A stretch of DNA of 64,000 bases from an uncultured cyanobacterium. Lineage in GTDB: Bacteria > Cyanobacteriota > Cyanobacteriia > Cyanobacteriales > Cyanobacteriaceae. The notes beneath the pieces are model-generated. The model did no database searches. It was not told the DNA's origin and saw only the letters and a list, made by a program, of their open reading frames with translations. Of the stretch, positions 53,944 to 64,000 are shown in pieces (the first letter of the stretch is position 1; each line of letters begins with the position of its first letter). A program made the position numbers and the translations under genes. The DNA lies in assembly GCA_963749915.1 (NCBI GenBank), contig CAVVOP010000017.1, positions 32,001-96,000 of the forward strand, in the 5' to 3' direction.

Positions 53944-54612
53944 GTGGATAGACTTCGCACTGTTTCTGATACTAAAAGAAATTTTTACCAGCATCATAAT
54001 CGCCCCATTAATTCAATTTATCGCCGGGTGGTAGAAGAATTAATGGTAGAAATGCACTTACTCTCTGTGAATGTTGATTTTCGTTCTGACCCTCTTTATT
54101 ATTTGGGTGTTTGTCAGAGTTTCACTCAATTTATGAACGGTTATACCCCAGAATCTGAAAAAGAATCTATTTTCCGGGCATTATGTGAATCCATTGGAGA
54201 TAATCCTGATGAATACCGTCAAAAATCTGAGACTTTACTTAATTTCGCTACCCAAAAGTCTCCCCAAGATTTAATTGATTGGTTACTCCATCCCCAAAAT
54301 GATAAAGGTTTAGAAGCGATCGCTGATCAGTGGCGTTATGGATTAGATAATCCTAATTTTAAATATAGTCGTTTATTTGCCATCGGATTCTATAGTTTAT
54401 TAGAAAAAAGTGATCCAGAAATGGTTAAAGATGAAGAAAAATTTACGGAGTTAATTAAACCTTTGACCGAAAAATTAAACTTACCGGTAGAAAAACTTAA
54501 AAAAGATCTAGATTTATATCGCAGTAATATTGAAAAAATGACTCAAATGCTAATCGTGTTAGCGGATACCTTGGAAGCTAGTAAGAAAAAAAGACTCGAA
54601 AAAGCAAGTTAA
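53944..54612 (+). CDS. psb29: Psb29/Thf1 PSII-FtsH biogenesis factor (GTG 53944 preferred as start)
   Basis: RTVSDTKRNFY, RPINSIYRRVVEELMVEMHLL, FKYSRLFAIG, KDLDLYRSN. Confidence 0.95.
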   Translation: MDRLRTVSDTKRNFYQHHNRPINSIYRRVVEELMVEMHLLSVNVDFRSDPLYYLGVCQSFTQFMNGYTPESEKESIFRALCESIGDNPDEYRQKSETLLNFATQKSPQDLIDWLLHPQNDKGLEAIADQWRYGLDNPNFKYSRLFAIGFYSLLEKSDPEMVKDEEKFTELIKPLTEKLNLPVEKLKKDLDLYRSNIEKMTQMLIVLADTLEASKKKRLEKAS

Positions 54613-54638
54613 ATGAGTTAGGGTTTCGGATTTTCTGA

Positions 54639-56003
<1,365 letters not shown>

Positions 56004-56043
56004 TTTATCTTAGGAAGTGTTAAAGAAAACAAAATTATATTTA

Positions 56044-56178
56044 AATATGAAGAAAAGTAACAAAATGTTGACTTAAATGAGAAAACATCGAGTTTGAAAA
56101 CCTTGTCTGAGGGAATATTAAGCAAATTTTAAATATTGTTAAGCAATCTCCACATTAGTGACAAAATACCATTATCAT
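56044..56178 (+). promoter_or_regulatory. psaA promoter region with HLR1-like repeats
   Basis: ATTAAGCA...TTTAAATA-tt-GTTAAGCA (56117-56145); a reverse-strand TCAACATT/GTTACTTT/TTCATATT series at about 56044-56071; -10-like TACCAT/TATCAT at 56167-56178. Confidence 0.45.
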
Positions 56179-56226
56179 CTTGATTAATCTAGTAGTTTAA
56201 GTATTTTGTCGAGAGAGGAGTTCCTC

Positions 56227-58479
56227 ATGACAGTAAGCCCTCAAAAAGAGGCGAAAGCTAAAGTTATCGTTGATAAAGATCCAGTTCCTACCTCCTTTGA
56301 AAAATGGGGCAAGCCCGGACACTTTGATCGTACTTTAGCTAGAGGTCCAAAAACCACCACTTGGATTTGGAACCTTCACGCCGATGCACACGATTTCGAT
56401 AGTCAAACCAGTGATTTAGAAGATATTTCTCGTAAAATCTTCAGCGCTCACTTCGGTCATTTAGCAGTAGTATTCGTTTGGTTGAGTGGGATGTACTTCC
56501 ACGGAGCTAAGTTTTCCAACTACTCCGCCTGGTTAGCAGATCCTTTAAACATTAAACCAAGCGCCCAAGTTGTCTGGCCCATAGTCGGTCAAGATATCCT
56601 CAACGCCGATGTGGGCGGTGGCTTCCACGGTATTCAAATTACATCCGGCTTCTTCCAATTATGGAGAGCCTCTGGTATTACCAACGAGTACCAGCTTTAT
56701 GTAACCGCTATTGGTGGTTTAGTAATGGCTGGTTTAATGCTCTTTGCCGGTTGGTTTCACTACCACAAAGCCGCACCTAAGTTGGAATGGTTCCAGAATA
56801 CGGAATCCATGCTAAACCACCACTTAGCTGGTTTATTAGGGTTAGGTTCTTTAGGTTGGGCTGGACACCAAATTCATGTATCTTTACCTATTAATAAGTT
56901 ATTAGATGCAGGGGTTGCACCCGGTGATATTCCTTTACCTCATGAATTTTTATTCGACACCGCTAAAATGGCTGAGTTATATCCCAGCTTTGCTCAGGGT
57001 TTAACTCCATTCTTTACCTTGAATTGGGGAGTTTATTCTGACTTCTTAACCTTTAAAGGTGGTTTAAATCCTGTTACTGGTGGCCTATGGTTGTCTGATA
57101 CTGCTCACCATCACTTGGCGATCGCAGTGTTATTCATCATCGCAGGTCATATGTACCGCACCAACTGGGGTATTGGTCATAGCATTAAAGAGATCTTAGA
57201 AGGACATAAAGGCCCCTTTACTGGAGAGGGTCATAAAGGACTCTATGAAATATTAACCACTTCGTGGCACGCTCAATTAGCCATCAACCTCGCTTTGTTA
57301 GGTTCTTTGACTATTATTGTGGCTCACCATATGTATGCTATGCCTCCTTATCCCTACATGGCTACCGACTACGGTACTCAGTTATCGCTGTTTACTCACC
57401 ATACTTGGATCGGTGGATTCTTAATTGTAGGTGCAGGTGCTCACGCCGCTATCTTCATGGTTCGTGACTATGATCCTGCTAAGAACGTTAATAACCTCTT
57501 AGACAGAGTATTGCGTCAACGTGATGCATTAATTTCTCACCTCAACTGGGTATGTATCTTCTTGGGCTTCCACAGCTTTGGGTTGTACATTCATAATGAC
57601 ACCATGAGAGCTTTGGGTCGTCCTCAAGATATGTTCTCCGATACCGCAATTCAGCTACAACCAATATTCGCTCAATGGATACAAGGTCTCCACACTGCGG
57701 CAGCTGGTGCAACGGCTCCTTTTGCGGGTGCAACGGCTAGTTACGCTTTCGGTGGCGACATCGTGGCCGTAGGTGGCAAAGTAGCGATGATGCCTATCAC
57801 TTTAGGTACTGCTGATTTCATGGTTCACCATATTCATGCCTTTACCATTCACGTTACCGTCTTAATCCTCCTTAAAGGTGTGCTTTATGCCCGTAGCTCC
57901 AGACTTATCCCTGATAAAGCTGAGTTAGGCTTCCGCTTCCCCTGTGATGGACCTGGTCGTGGTGGTACTTGTCAAGTATCTGGATGGGATCATGTCTTCT
58001 TGGGCTTATTCTGGATGTACAATTCCTTATCCATTGTTATCTTCCACTTCAGTTGGAAAATGCAGTCCGATGTTTGGGGAACTGTCTTACCTGATGGTAG
58101 TGTTTCTCACATCACTGGTGGCAACTTTGCCCAAAGTGCTATCTCTATCAACGGTTGGTTACGTGACTTCTTATGGGCTCAAGCTGCTAACGTAATTAAC
58201 TCTTACGGTTCTGCTTTATCTGCTTATGGCATTATGTTCTTAGCAGGTCACTTTATCTTTGCCTTCAGCTTAATGTTCCTCTTTAGTGGACGTGGCTACT
58301 GGCAAGAGTTAATTGAGTCCATTGTTTGGGCACATAACAAACTTAAATTAGCTCCCGCCATCCAACCTCGTGCTTTGAGTATTATTCAGGGTCGTGCGGT
58401 AGGTGTAGCTCACTATCTTTTAGGAGGTATCGTGACTACATGGGCATTCTTCCTCTGTCGTATCCTATCGGTAGGTTAA
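56227..58479 (+). CDS. psaA: Photosystem I P700 apoprotein A1 (ATG 56227 after GAGGAG)
   Basis: [39 protein letters not shown]. Confidence 0.99.
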   Translation: MTVSPQKEAKAKVIVDKDPVPTSFEKWGKPGHFDRTLARGPKTTTWIWNLHADAHDFDSQTSDLEDISRKIFSAHFGHLAVVFVWLSGMYFHGAKFSNYSAWLADPLNIKPSAQVVWPIVGQDILNADVGGGFHGIQITSGFFQLWRASGITNEYQLYVTAIGGLVMAGLMLFAGWFHYHKAAPKLEWFQNTESMLNHHLAGLLGLGSLGWAGHQIHVSLPINKLLDAGVAPGDIPLPHEFLFDTAKMAELYPSFAQGLTPFFTLNWGVYSDFLTFKGGLNPVTGGLWLSDTAHHHLAIAVLFIIAGHMYRTNWGIGHSIKEILEGHKGPFTGEGHKGLYEILTTSWHAQLAINLALLGSLTIIVAHHMYAMPPYPYMATDYGTQLSLFTHHTWIGGFLIVGAGAHAAIFMVRDYDPAKNVNNLLDRVLRQRDALISHLNWVCIFLGFHSFGLYIHNDTMRALGRPQDMFSDTAIQLQPIFAQWIQGLHTAAAGATAPFAGATASYAFGGDIVAVGGKVAMMPITLGTADFMVHHIHAFTIHVTVLILLKGVLYARSSRLIPDKAELGFRFPCDGPGRGGTCQVSGWDHVFLGLFWMYNSLSIVIFHFSWKMQSDVWGTVLPDGSVSHITGGNFAQSAISINGWLRDFLWAQAANVINSYGSALSAYGIMFLAGHFIFAFSLMFLFSGRGYWQELIESIVWAHNKLKLAPAIQPRALSIIQGRAVGVAHYLLGGIVTTWAFFLCRILSVG

Positions 58480-58751
58480 GAATGTAAACTTTCACTAACA
58501 ATTGGGAGTGAACTCGGCAAAATAAGTTATAAAATAACCAATAAAGCCGTTTTAACAGCGAAGAGTTAATCGAGAAAAGTCAATAGTTTATTTAAAAACT
58601 TGACGACTATTAACTACTTAAAAAACAACTTTTTAAAAACTTGCCTAGGTTCTTATACTTTAAGCTCTGGGCAAGAGCAAAAAACAAAATAGAGCAGCGT
58701 ATTTGCAACGTTGACCCTCATTGTGTAACAGGAGAATTCCTTAAAAAAGCT

Positions 58752-60968
58752 ATGGCAACTAAATTTCCCAAATTTAGCCAAGATTTAGCCCAAGATCCAA
58801 CTACACGCCGGATATGGTACGGAATTGCTACCGCTCATGACTTTGAAACCCATGACGGTATGACCGAAGAGAATCTCTACCAAAAGATTTTTGCTTCTCA
58901 TTTTGGTCACTTGGCAATCATTTTCTTATGGACTTCCGGAACTGTATTCCATGTAGCTTGGCAAGGCAATTTTGAGCAATGGATCAAAGATCCTTTAAAC
59001 GTCCGTCCCATCGCCCATGCAATTTGGGATCCTCATTTCGGTCAGGGTGCTATTGATGCTTTCACCCAAGCTGGTGCTTCTGGCCCGGTAAACGTGGCTT
59101 ATTCCGGTGTTTACCATTGGTTCTACACCATCGGCATGACCACTAACCAAGATTTATATACTGGTGCATTATTCTTACTAATAGTGTCTGCCTTTTATTT
59201 ATTTGCTGGTTGGTTACACTTACAACCTAAGTTCCGTCCTAGCCTTTCTTGGTTCAAAAATGCTGAGTCCCGTTTGAATCACCATTTAGCTGGTTTATTC
59301 GGTGTTAGTTCTTTAGCATGGACTGGTCACTTAGTACACGTTGCTATCCCCGAATCTCGTGGTGTTCACGTTGGTTGGGATAACTTCTTAAGTGTTAAAC
59401 CTCACCCCGCCGGATTAGCTCCTTTCTTTACTGGTAATTGGGGCGTTTATGCTCAAAACCCTGATACAGCTAGTCATGTTTTCGGAACTTCTGATGGTGC
59501 AGGAACTGCGATTTTAACCTTCTTGGGTGGTTTCCATCCTCAAACCGAATCCCTCTGGTTGACTGATATTGCTCATCACCATTTGGCGATCGCTGTTATC
59601 TTCATCGTTGCTGGTCATATGTACCGCACTAACTGGGGAATTGGTCACAGCATCAAAGACATTCTGGCGGCCCACAATCCTCCTCAAGGTACTCCTTTTG
59701 GTGGTGCATTAGGTGCAGGACACAGAGGTTTATATGACACCATTAATAACTCCTTACACTTCCAGTTAGGTTTAGCCCTAGCTTCTTTAGGGGTTATTAC
59801 TTCCTTGGTGGCTCAACATATGTACTCTTTGCCTTCTTATGTGTTTATCGCTAAGGACTATACCACCCAAGCAGCTCTTTACACTCATCACCAGTACATC
59901 GCTGGTTTCTTGATGGTAGGTGCTTTTGCTCACGGTGCTATCTTCTTCGTCCGTGACTATGATCCTGAAGCGAACAAGGATAACGTTTTAGCTCGGATGT
60001 TAGAACACAAAGAGGCGATTATTTCTCACTTAAGCTGGGTATCTCTTTTCTTAGGTTTCCACACTTTAGGACTTTATGTTCACAATGATGTTGTGGTTGC
60101 CTTCGGTACTCCTGAGAAACAAATCCTCATTGAACCTGTCTTTGCTCAATTTGTCCAAGCGGCTTCTGGTAAAGCTCTCTACGGTTTTGACACTTTGTTA
60201 TCTAACCCTGAAAGCGTTGCTTCCACCGCTAGTGCTGTATGGTTACCTGGTTGGTTAGATGCCATTAACAGCGGTACTAACTCTTTATTCCTCAACATTG
60301 GACCTGGTGACTTCTTAGTACACCATGCGATCGCATTAGGATTGCACACCACTACCTTAATTTTGGTAAAAGGTGCGTTAGATGCCCGTGGTTCTAAATT
60401 AATGCCCGACAAAAAAGACTTCGGTTTCTCCTTCCCCTGTGATGGACCTGGTCGTGGCGGTACTTGTGACATCTCTGCATGGGATGCCTTCTACTTAGCT
60501 ATGTTCTGGATGCTTAATACTTTAGGTTGGTTAACCTTCTACTGGCATTGGAAACACCTCGGTATCTGGCAAGGTAATGTTGCTCAGTTCAATGAAAACT
60601 CCACCTATTTAATGGGTTGGTTCAGGGATTATTTATGGGCAAACTCCGCTCAGTTAATCAACGGTTACAATCCTTATGGTGTAAATAACCTTTCCGTCTG
60701 GGCATGGATGTTCTTATTTGGACACCTTGTTTGGGCAACTGGTTTCATGTTCTTAATCTCTTGGCGGGGTTACTGGCAAGAATTAATTGAAACCATCGTT
60801 TGGGCACACGAACGCACTCCTCTAGCTAACTTAGTTCGCTGGAAAGACAAACCCGTTGCTCTTTCGATCGTTCAAGCTCGTTTGGTTGGTTTAGCCCACT
60901 TCACCGTTGGCTATATCCTTACCTACGCCGCCTTCTTAATTGCTTCTACTGCTGGAAAGTTCGGTTAA
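58752..60968 (+). CDS. psaB: Photosystem I P700 apoprotein A2 (ATG 58752)
   Basis: [35 protein letters not shown]-terminal GKFG. Confidence 0.99.
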   Translation: MATKFPKFSQDLAQDPTTRRIWYGIATAHDFETHDGMTEENLYQKIFASHFGHLAIIFLWTSGTVFHVAWQGNFEQWIKDPLNVRPIAHAIWDPHFGQGAIDAFTQAGASGPVNVAYSGVYHWFYTIGMTTNQDLYTGALFLLIVSAFYLFAGWLHLQPKFRPSLSWFKNAESRLNHHLAGLFGVSSLAWTGHLVHVAIPESRGVHVGWDNFLSVKPHPAGLAPFFTGNWGVYAQNPDTASHVFGTSDGAGTAILTFLGGFHPQTESLWLTDIAHHHLAIAVIFIVAGHMYRTNWGIGHSIKDILAAHNPPQGTPFGGALGAGHRGLYDTINNSLHFQLGLALASLGVITSLVAQHMYSLPSYVFIAKDYTTQAALYTHHQYIAGFLMVGAFAHGAIFFVRDYDPEANKDNVLARMLEHKEAIISHLSWVSLFLGFHTLGLYVHNDVVVAFGTPEKQILIEPVFAQFVQAASGKALYGFDTLLSNPESVASTASAVWLPGWLDAINSGTNSLFLNIGPGDFLVHHAIALGLHTTTLILVKGALDARGSKLMPDKKDFGFSFPCDGPGRGGTCDISAWDAFYLAMFWMLNTLGWLTFYWHWKHLGIWQGNVAQFNENSTYLMGWFRDYLWANSAQLINGYNPYGVNNLSVWAWMFLFGHLVWATGFMFLISWRGYWQELIETIVWAHERTPLANLVRWKDKPVALSIVQARLVGLAHFTVGYILTYAAFLIASTAGKFG

Positions 60969-61000
60969 AGATAATTTACGCAGTTTAAGTGATTGAATAT

Positions 61001-61031
61001 AAGCCCTCTACCTTCTTGGTGGGGGGGTTTT
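61001..61031 (+). terminator. Intrinsic terminator after psaB
   Basis: aagccctctacc-ttctt-ggtgggggggtttt hairpin with T tail. Confidence 0.7.
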
Positions 61032-61186
61032 AATTTATGTCCTAGCAACATAAGTATAGTTTAGGGCAGATCAAGGATTTTAATCTGTGTTGCAATCCTA
61101 AATAATTCGTCATAAATCAATATTTAGACTGCTATATTAGTTGAGAGGGTTTGAATTGTCATTATGATACTTTGAAAATAAATTTC

Positions 61187-64000
61187 ATGCTTAATTCTTA
61201 TACCAATCCCGACAAAATCCGTAATCAATTAATTAAAATCTATCAGGAATTGCCACCAAAGGAAAGGCAAATGGTACAGTTATTCTCAGTGATTTATGAG
61301 CCTGTTAGTAGAACCAGTTTTATGTCATGTCTGGGTTATGCAGGAATTAGAGATGACAATGGAAAAGCCTTTATTAGCAAAACTCTTAAACCGTATATCG
61401 ATAGGTTGTTGGATTTGGGAGTAATCATACAACAACAAGGAGAAAGTCCTCAATGTCATCCTCTCTTAGCAGAAATTGCCACTCGTGACGCTATCAAAGA
61501 GGGAAATTTTGAGAATTTTGCACGAATATCTGAAAAACAATTACCGAGCAAAAGTCATTATACTATTTACCGCAATCAAAATCCAGCTTACTTTTTAAGA
61601 GGTCTCCGTTTTGGTATTTATCGTCGCAAGTTAAATTCCGTTTTTGAAGAATATGACAGATACTACCAATATAATTACGGTAAGCCTCGACTATCTTGGG
61701 ACGATGTACTTCTTCAAATCTTTGACAATCCTTTGGATGGTGATTGGTTATGTAGCCAACCTTTGGAGTTGTATCAAAATGCCATTTCGGCTATTTTATC
61801 ACGGTCAGAAGAAAAATTAATCCCCATAGATGACGCTTTTAATCTTCTCTATGAACAGTGTTTTAACAAGAAAGTATCTGCTTCAGATTATCTTTTATTT
61901 TTGCTATCACAACAGTTATGTTTCAGGGGAAATTGGCAAAAATTAGAAGATTGTTTAAAAGAAATATCTTCAGATAATCAAATTAACGTCCCAATTTTTT
62001 GGGGATGGTTTTATTTTATCACAGCACAGAATGAAAAGGCGATCGCCACTTACACCCAAGCCCATAAAGATATACAAAAGGCTACAAGAAAGAAAAAAAT
62101 TTATTTTAACTCCATATCAGGTATCTTTTTTATTCTGGCACTCATTAAAGAAGGTTCTAATAAATGTTTGCAACAAGCTAAAGATTATGCCACCATGATT
62201 GCCAATGATGATGATCACTGGTTGCAAGAAATTTATATCAGATTAAAACGAGTAATTGCTGTTCAACTGGGGGACATCTCACAAAAAAACTTGATTATTT
62301 CAGAACGTATCCCCAATTACACAGTGGGGAAAAATCGTGCTTTAACTACTCTGTTTTCCTGTTTATGTTTGTACTGGGTAGATGAAAAAAAGGCAAAAGA
62401 AACTTTACCAAAAATCTTACTATCTTTATTTACAGATGCTCAGAATGCTGGTTATTATTGGATAGCAAGGGAAGCAGGAATATTGTTAACTAAACTTAAA
62501 CCCCACGAAAAACTAGAGATGAAACCTGAAGTATGGAAATTATCCCGAGATTTAGGAATACAAAGTTTAGCCGAGATAATTCAACCTCAAGAGGAATGGC
62601 AACTATCTCTAAAGGCCCTTATTGAACTTCAACCTAAAAAAACGGAATCCCCCTCAACTTTAAGAGAAAAAAGATTAGCTTGGTTTATTAATCTCTACAG
62701 CAGTAGTAACTGGACAGTACAGCCCAAAGAACAAGCCGTTAACAGTAAAGGAGAATGGACAAAAGGACGTGCCATCGCCCTGAAAAGACTAAAAAATAGC
62801 CAAGACGAGTTTAACTATCTCACTCCCCAAGATTTGAAAGCTTGCTCTCAGATAGAAACCTCTTATTCTGGTTATTATGGTGGTACAGAATACCAATTTA
62901 AACCAAAAGTGATTTGCGAATTAATTGGACACCCGTTAGTGTTTTGGGGAAGCACCCCCAACATTAAAATAGAAGTTATTAAAGGTGAACCACAATTACA
63001 GGTGCACAAAACCAAAGATGGAAAAATTACTTTAAACTTTGTTCCGACAGTTAAAGCAGATCAAGATATTCTGGTAATGCAAGAAACCCCCACTTGTATT
63101 AAGGTAATTGCGATTCAACCCGAACATCGCCGCATTACTGAAATTTTGGGTAAGCAAAATAAATTAACGATTCCTGCCAAGGCTGAAAAGATGGTATTAT
63201 CAGCCATCAATAGTGTTTCCCAGCTAGTAACAATTCACTCGGATATTGGGGTAGGTGCAGAAGATACCCCCGAAGTTCCATGTCATTCTTTACCTCACAT
63301 TCATCTTTTACCCGCAGGAGAAGGCTTAAAAGTTACTATCTTATGCCGTCCTTTTGGGGAAAATGGTCCCTATTATCGCCCCGGTAATGGCGGAGAAACG
63401 GTAATTGCGGAAATAAAAGGGCAACGATTACAAACTAAACGAGACTTACAGTTAGAGAAAAAATTAGCTCAAGAGGCGATCGCCAAGTGTCCCACTTTAA
63501 TCCTTTATTCTGATGATCTAGGAGAATGGTTAATTGAAAACCCTGAAGATTGTTTGGAGTTATTACTAGAATTACAGGCATTAGGGGAAGAGGTAATAAT
63601 TGAGTGGCCCCAAGGGGAAAAACTGAAAGTAACTCATAGAGCTAATTTTGACAATCTACGCCTACAAATTAAAGGACAAAAAGACTGGTTTTCTGTGGAT
63701 GGGGAATTACAGTTAGATGATAGTTTGGTTTTAGAATTACAACAGTTATTAGAACTATTAGAAAAAAGTCCTAGTCGTTTTGTCCCCATGGGAGAAGGGC
63801 AATTTTTGGCTCTGACCCAAGAGTTTCGCCAAAGATTAGAGGAATTCAAAGCCTTTTCAGAAAAACAAGGTAAGGGCAGACGTTTTCATCGTTTTTCTTC
63901 CCTTGCGCTGGAGGAATTTATCGATGAAGCTGGGCAAGTAAAAGCTGATAAACAGTGGAAAACACACCTACAAAAATTACGAGAAATGGAGAGTTTGGAG
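61187..64000 (+). CDS. Large SNF2-family helicase-like protein, N-terminal 938 codons (runs off the right edge; not in the ORF track)
   Basis: Frame read from ATG 61187 (MLNSYTNPDKIRNQL...) stays in register to the window end. Contains QPKEQ..NSKGEWTKGRAIALKRL and DWFSVDGELQLDD...RFVPMGEGQFLALT, which precede the ATPase core in bacterial SNF2 proteins. The ATPase motifs themselves are outside the window. Confidence 0.75.
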   Translation, partial: MLNSYTNPDKIRNQLIKIYQELPPKERQMVQLFSVIYEPVSRTSFMSCLGYAGIRDDNGKAFISKTLKPYIDRLLDLGVIIQQQGESPQCHPLLAEIATRDAIKEGNFENFARISEKQLPSKSHYTIYRNQNPAYFLRGLRFGIYRRKLNSVFEEYDRYYQYNYGKPRLSWDDVLLQIFDNPLDGDWLCSQPLELYQNAISAILSRSEEKLIPIDDAFNLLYEQCFNKKVSASDYLLFLLSQQLCFRGNWQKLEDCLKEISSDNQINVPIFWGWFYFITAQNEKAIATYTQAHKDIQKATRKKKIYFNSISGIFFILALIKEGSNKCLQQAKDYATMIANDDDHWLQEIYIRLKRVIAVQLGDISQKNLIISERIPNYTVGKNRALTTLFSCLCLYWVDEKKAKETLPKILLSLFTDAQNAGYYWIAREAGILLTKLKPHEKLEMKPEVWKLSRDLGIQSLAEIIQPQEEWQLSLKALIELQPKKTESPSTLREKRLAWFINLYSSSNWTVQPKEQAVNSKGEWTKGRAIALKRLKNSQDEFNYLTPQDLKACSQIETSYSGYYGGTEYQFKPKVICELIGHPLVFWGSTPNIKIEVIKGEPQLQVHKTKDGKITLNFVPTVKADQDILVMQETPTCIKVIAIQPEHRRITEILGKQNKLTIPAKAEKMVLSAINSVSQLVTIHSDIGVGAEDTPEVPCHSLPHIHLLPAGEGLKVTILCRPFGENGPYYRPGNGGETVIAEIKGQRLQTKRDLQLEKKLAQEAIAKCPTLILYSDDLGEWLIENPEDCLELLLELQALGEEVIIEWPQGEKLKVTHRANFDNLRLQIKGQKDWFSVDGELQLDDSLVLELQQLLELLEKSPSRFVPMGEGQFLALTQEFRQRLEEFKAFSEKQGKGRRFHRFSSLALEEFIDEAGQVKADKQWKTHLQKLREMESLE

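Noticed and set aside
58641..58751. Extended N-termini given by the track for psaB (also psaA, serS, fmt, glyQ, psb29 and the GT39 gene)
   Set aside because: Family-typical N-termini start at downstream ATG/GTG codons; the extensions are longest-ORF artefacts.
57937..60467. Near-identical ttcccctgtgatggacctggtcgtgg sequence in psaA and psaB
   Set aside because: Encodes the conserved FX-binding [12 protein letters not shown] motif of the paralogs; not a mobile repeat.

Overview
AT-rich chromosomal window from a unicellular cyanobacterium. Evidence: psaAB, ndhH, ycf54, psb29, crtP-crtB, cphA and recurring HIP1 GCGATCGC octamers; composition suggests a Cyanobacterium/Geminocystis-like organism (inference). 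Most of it is housekeeping: sphR-sphS, ilvC, anmK, sds, rsmB, pdxJ, a carbohydrate ABC operon, glyQ, tsaC, fmt, proA, mfd, ispF, nfu, tRNA-Val(GAC), serS, and a SNF2-type gene running off the right end. The standout is 34.4-38.6 kb, where an M14 Zn-carboxypeptidase is followed by a 773-aa tandem ATP-grasp protein. By my recalled alignment, that protein is colinear over its whole length with animal carnosine synthase (CARNS1), but its N-terminal ATP-grasp site looks intact and its C-terminal one looks degenerate. The pair sits tail-to-tail with cyanophycin synthetase, which lacks its usual cphB neighbour, making it a candidate undescribed peptide ligase/hydrolase system. Other points: two copies of a TA-flanked MITE, a Tat-signal pseudo-orthocaspase, an orphan RnfD/NqrB-like plus DUF2330 pair, a stand-alone SQR, an ORF-track-missed 51-aa gene, and a palindromic in-frame insert in mfd. 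All homology calls come from motif recognition and memory; no searches were run.
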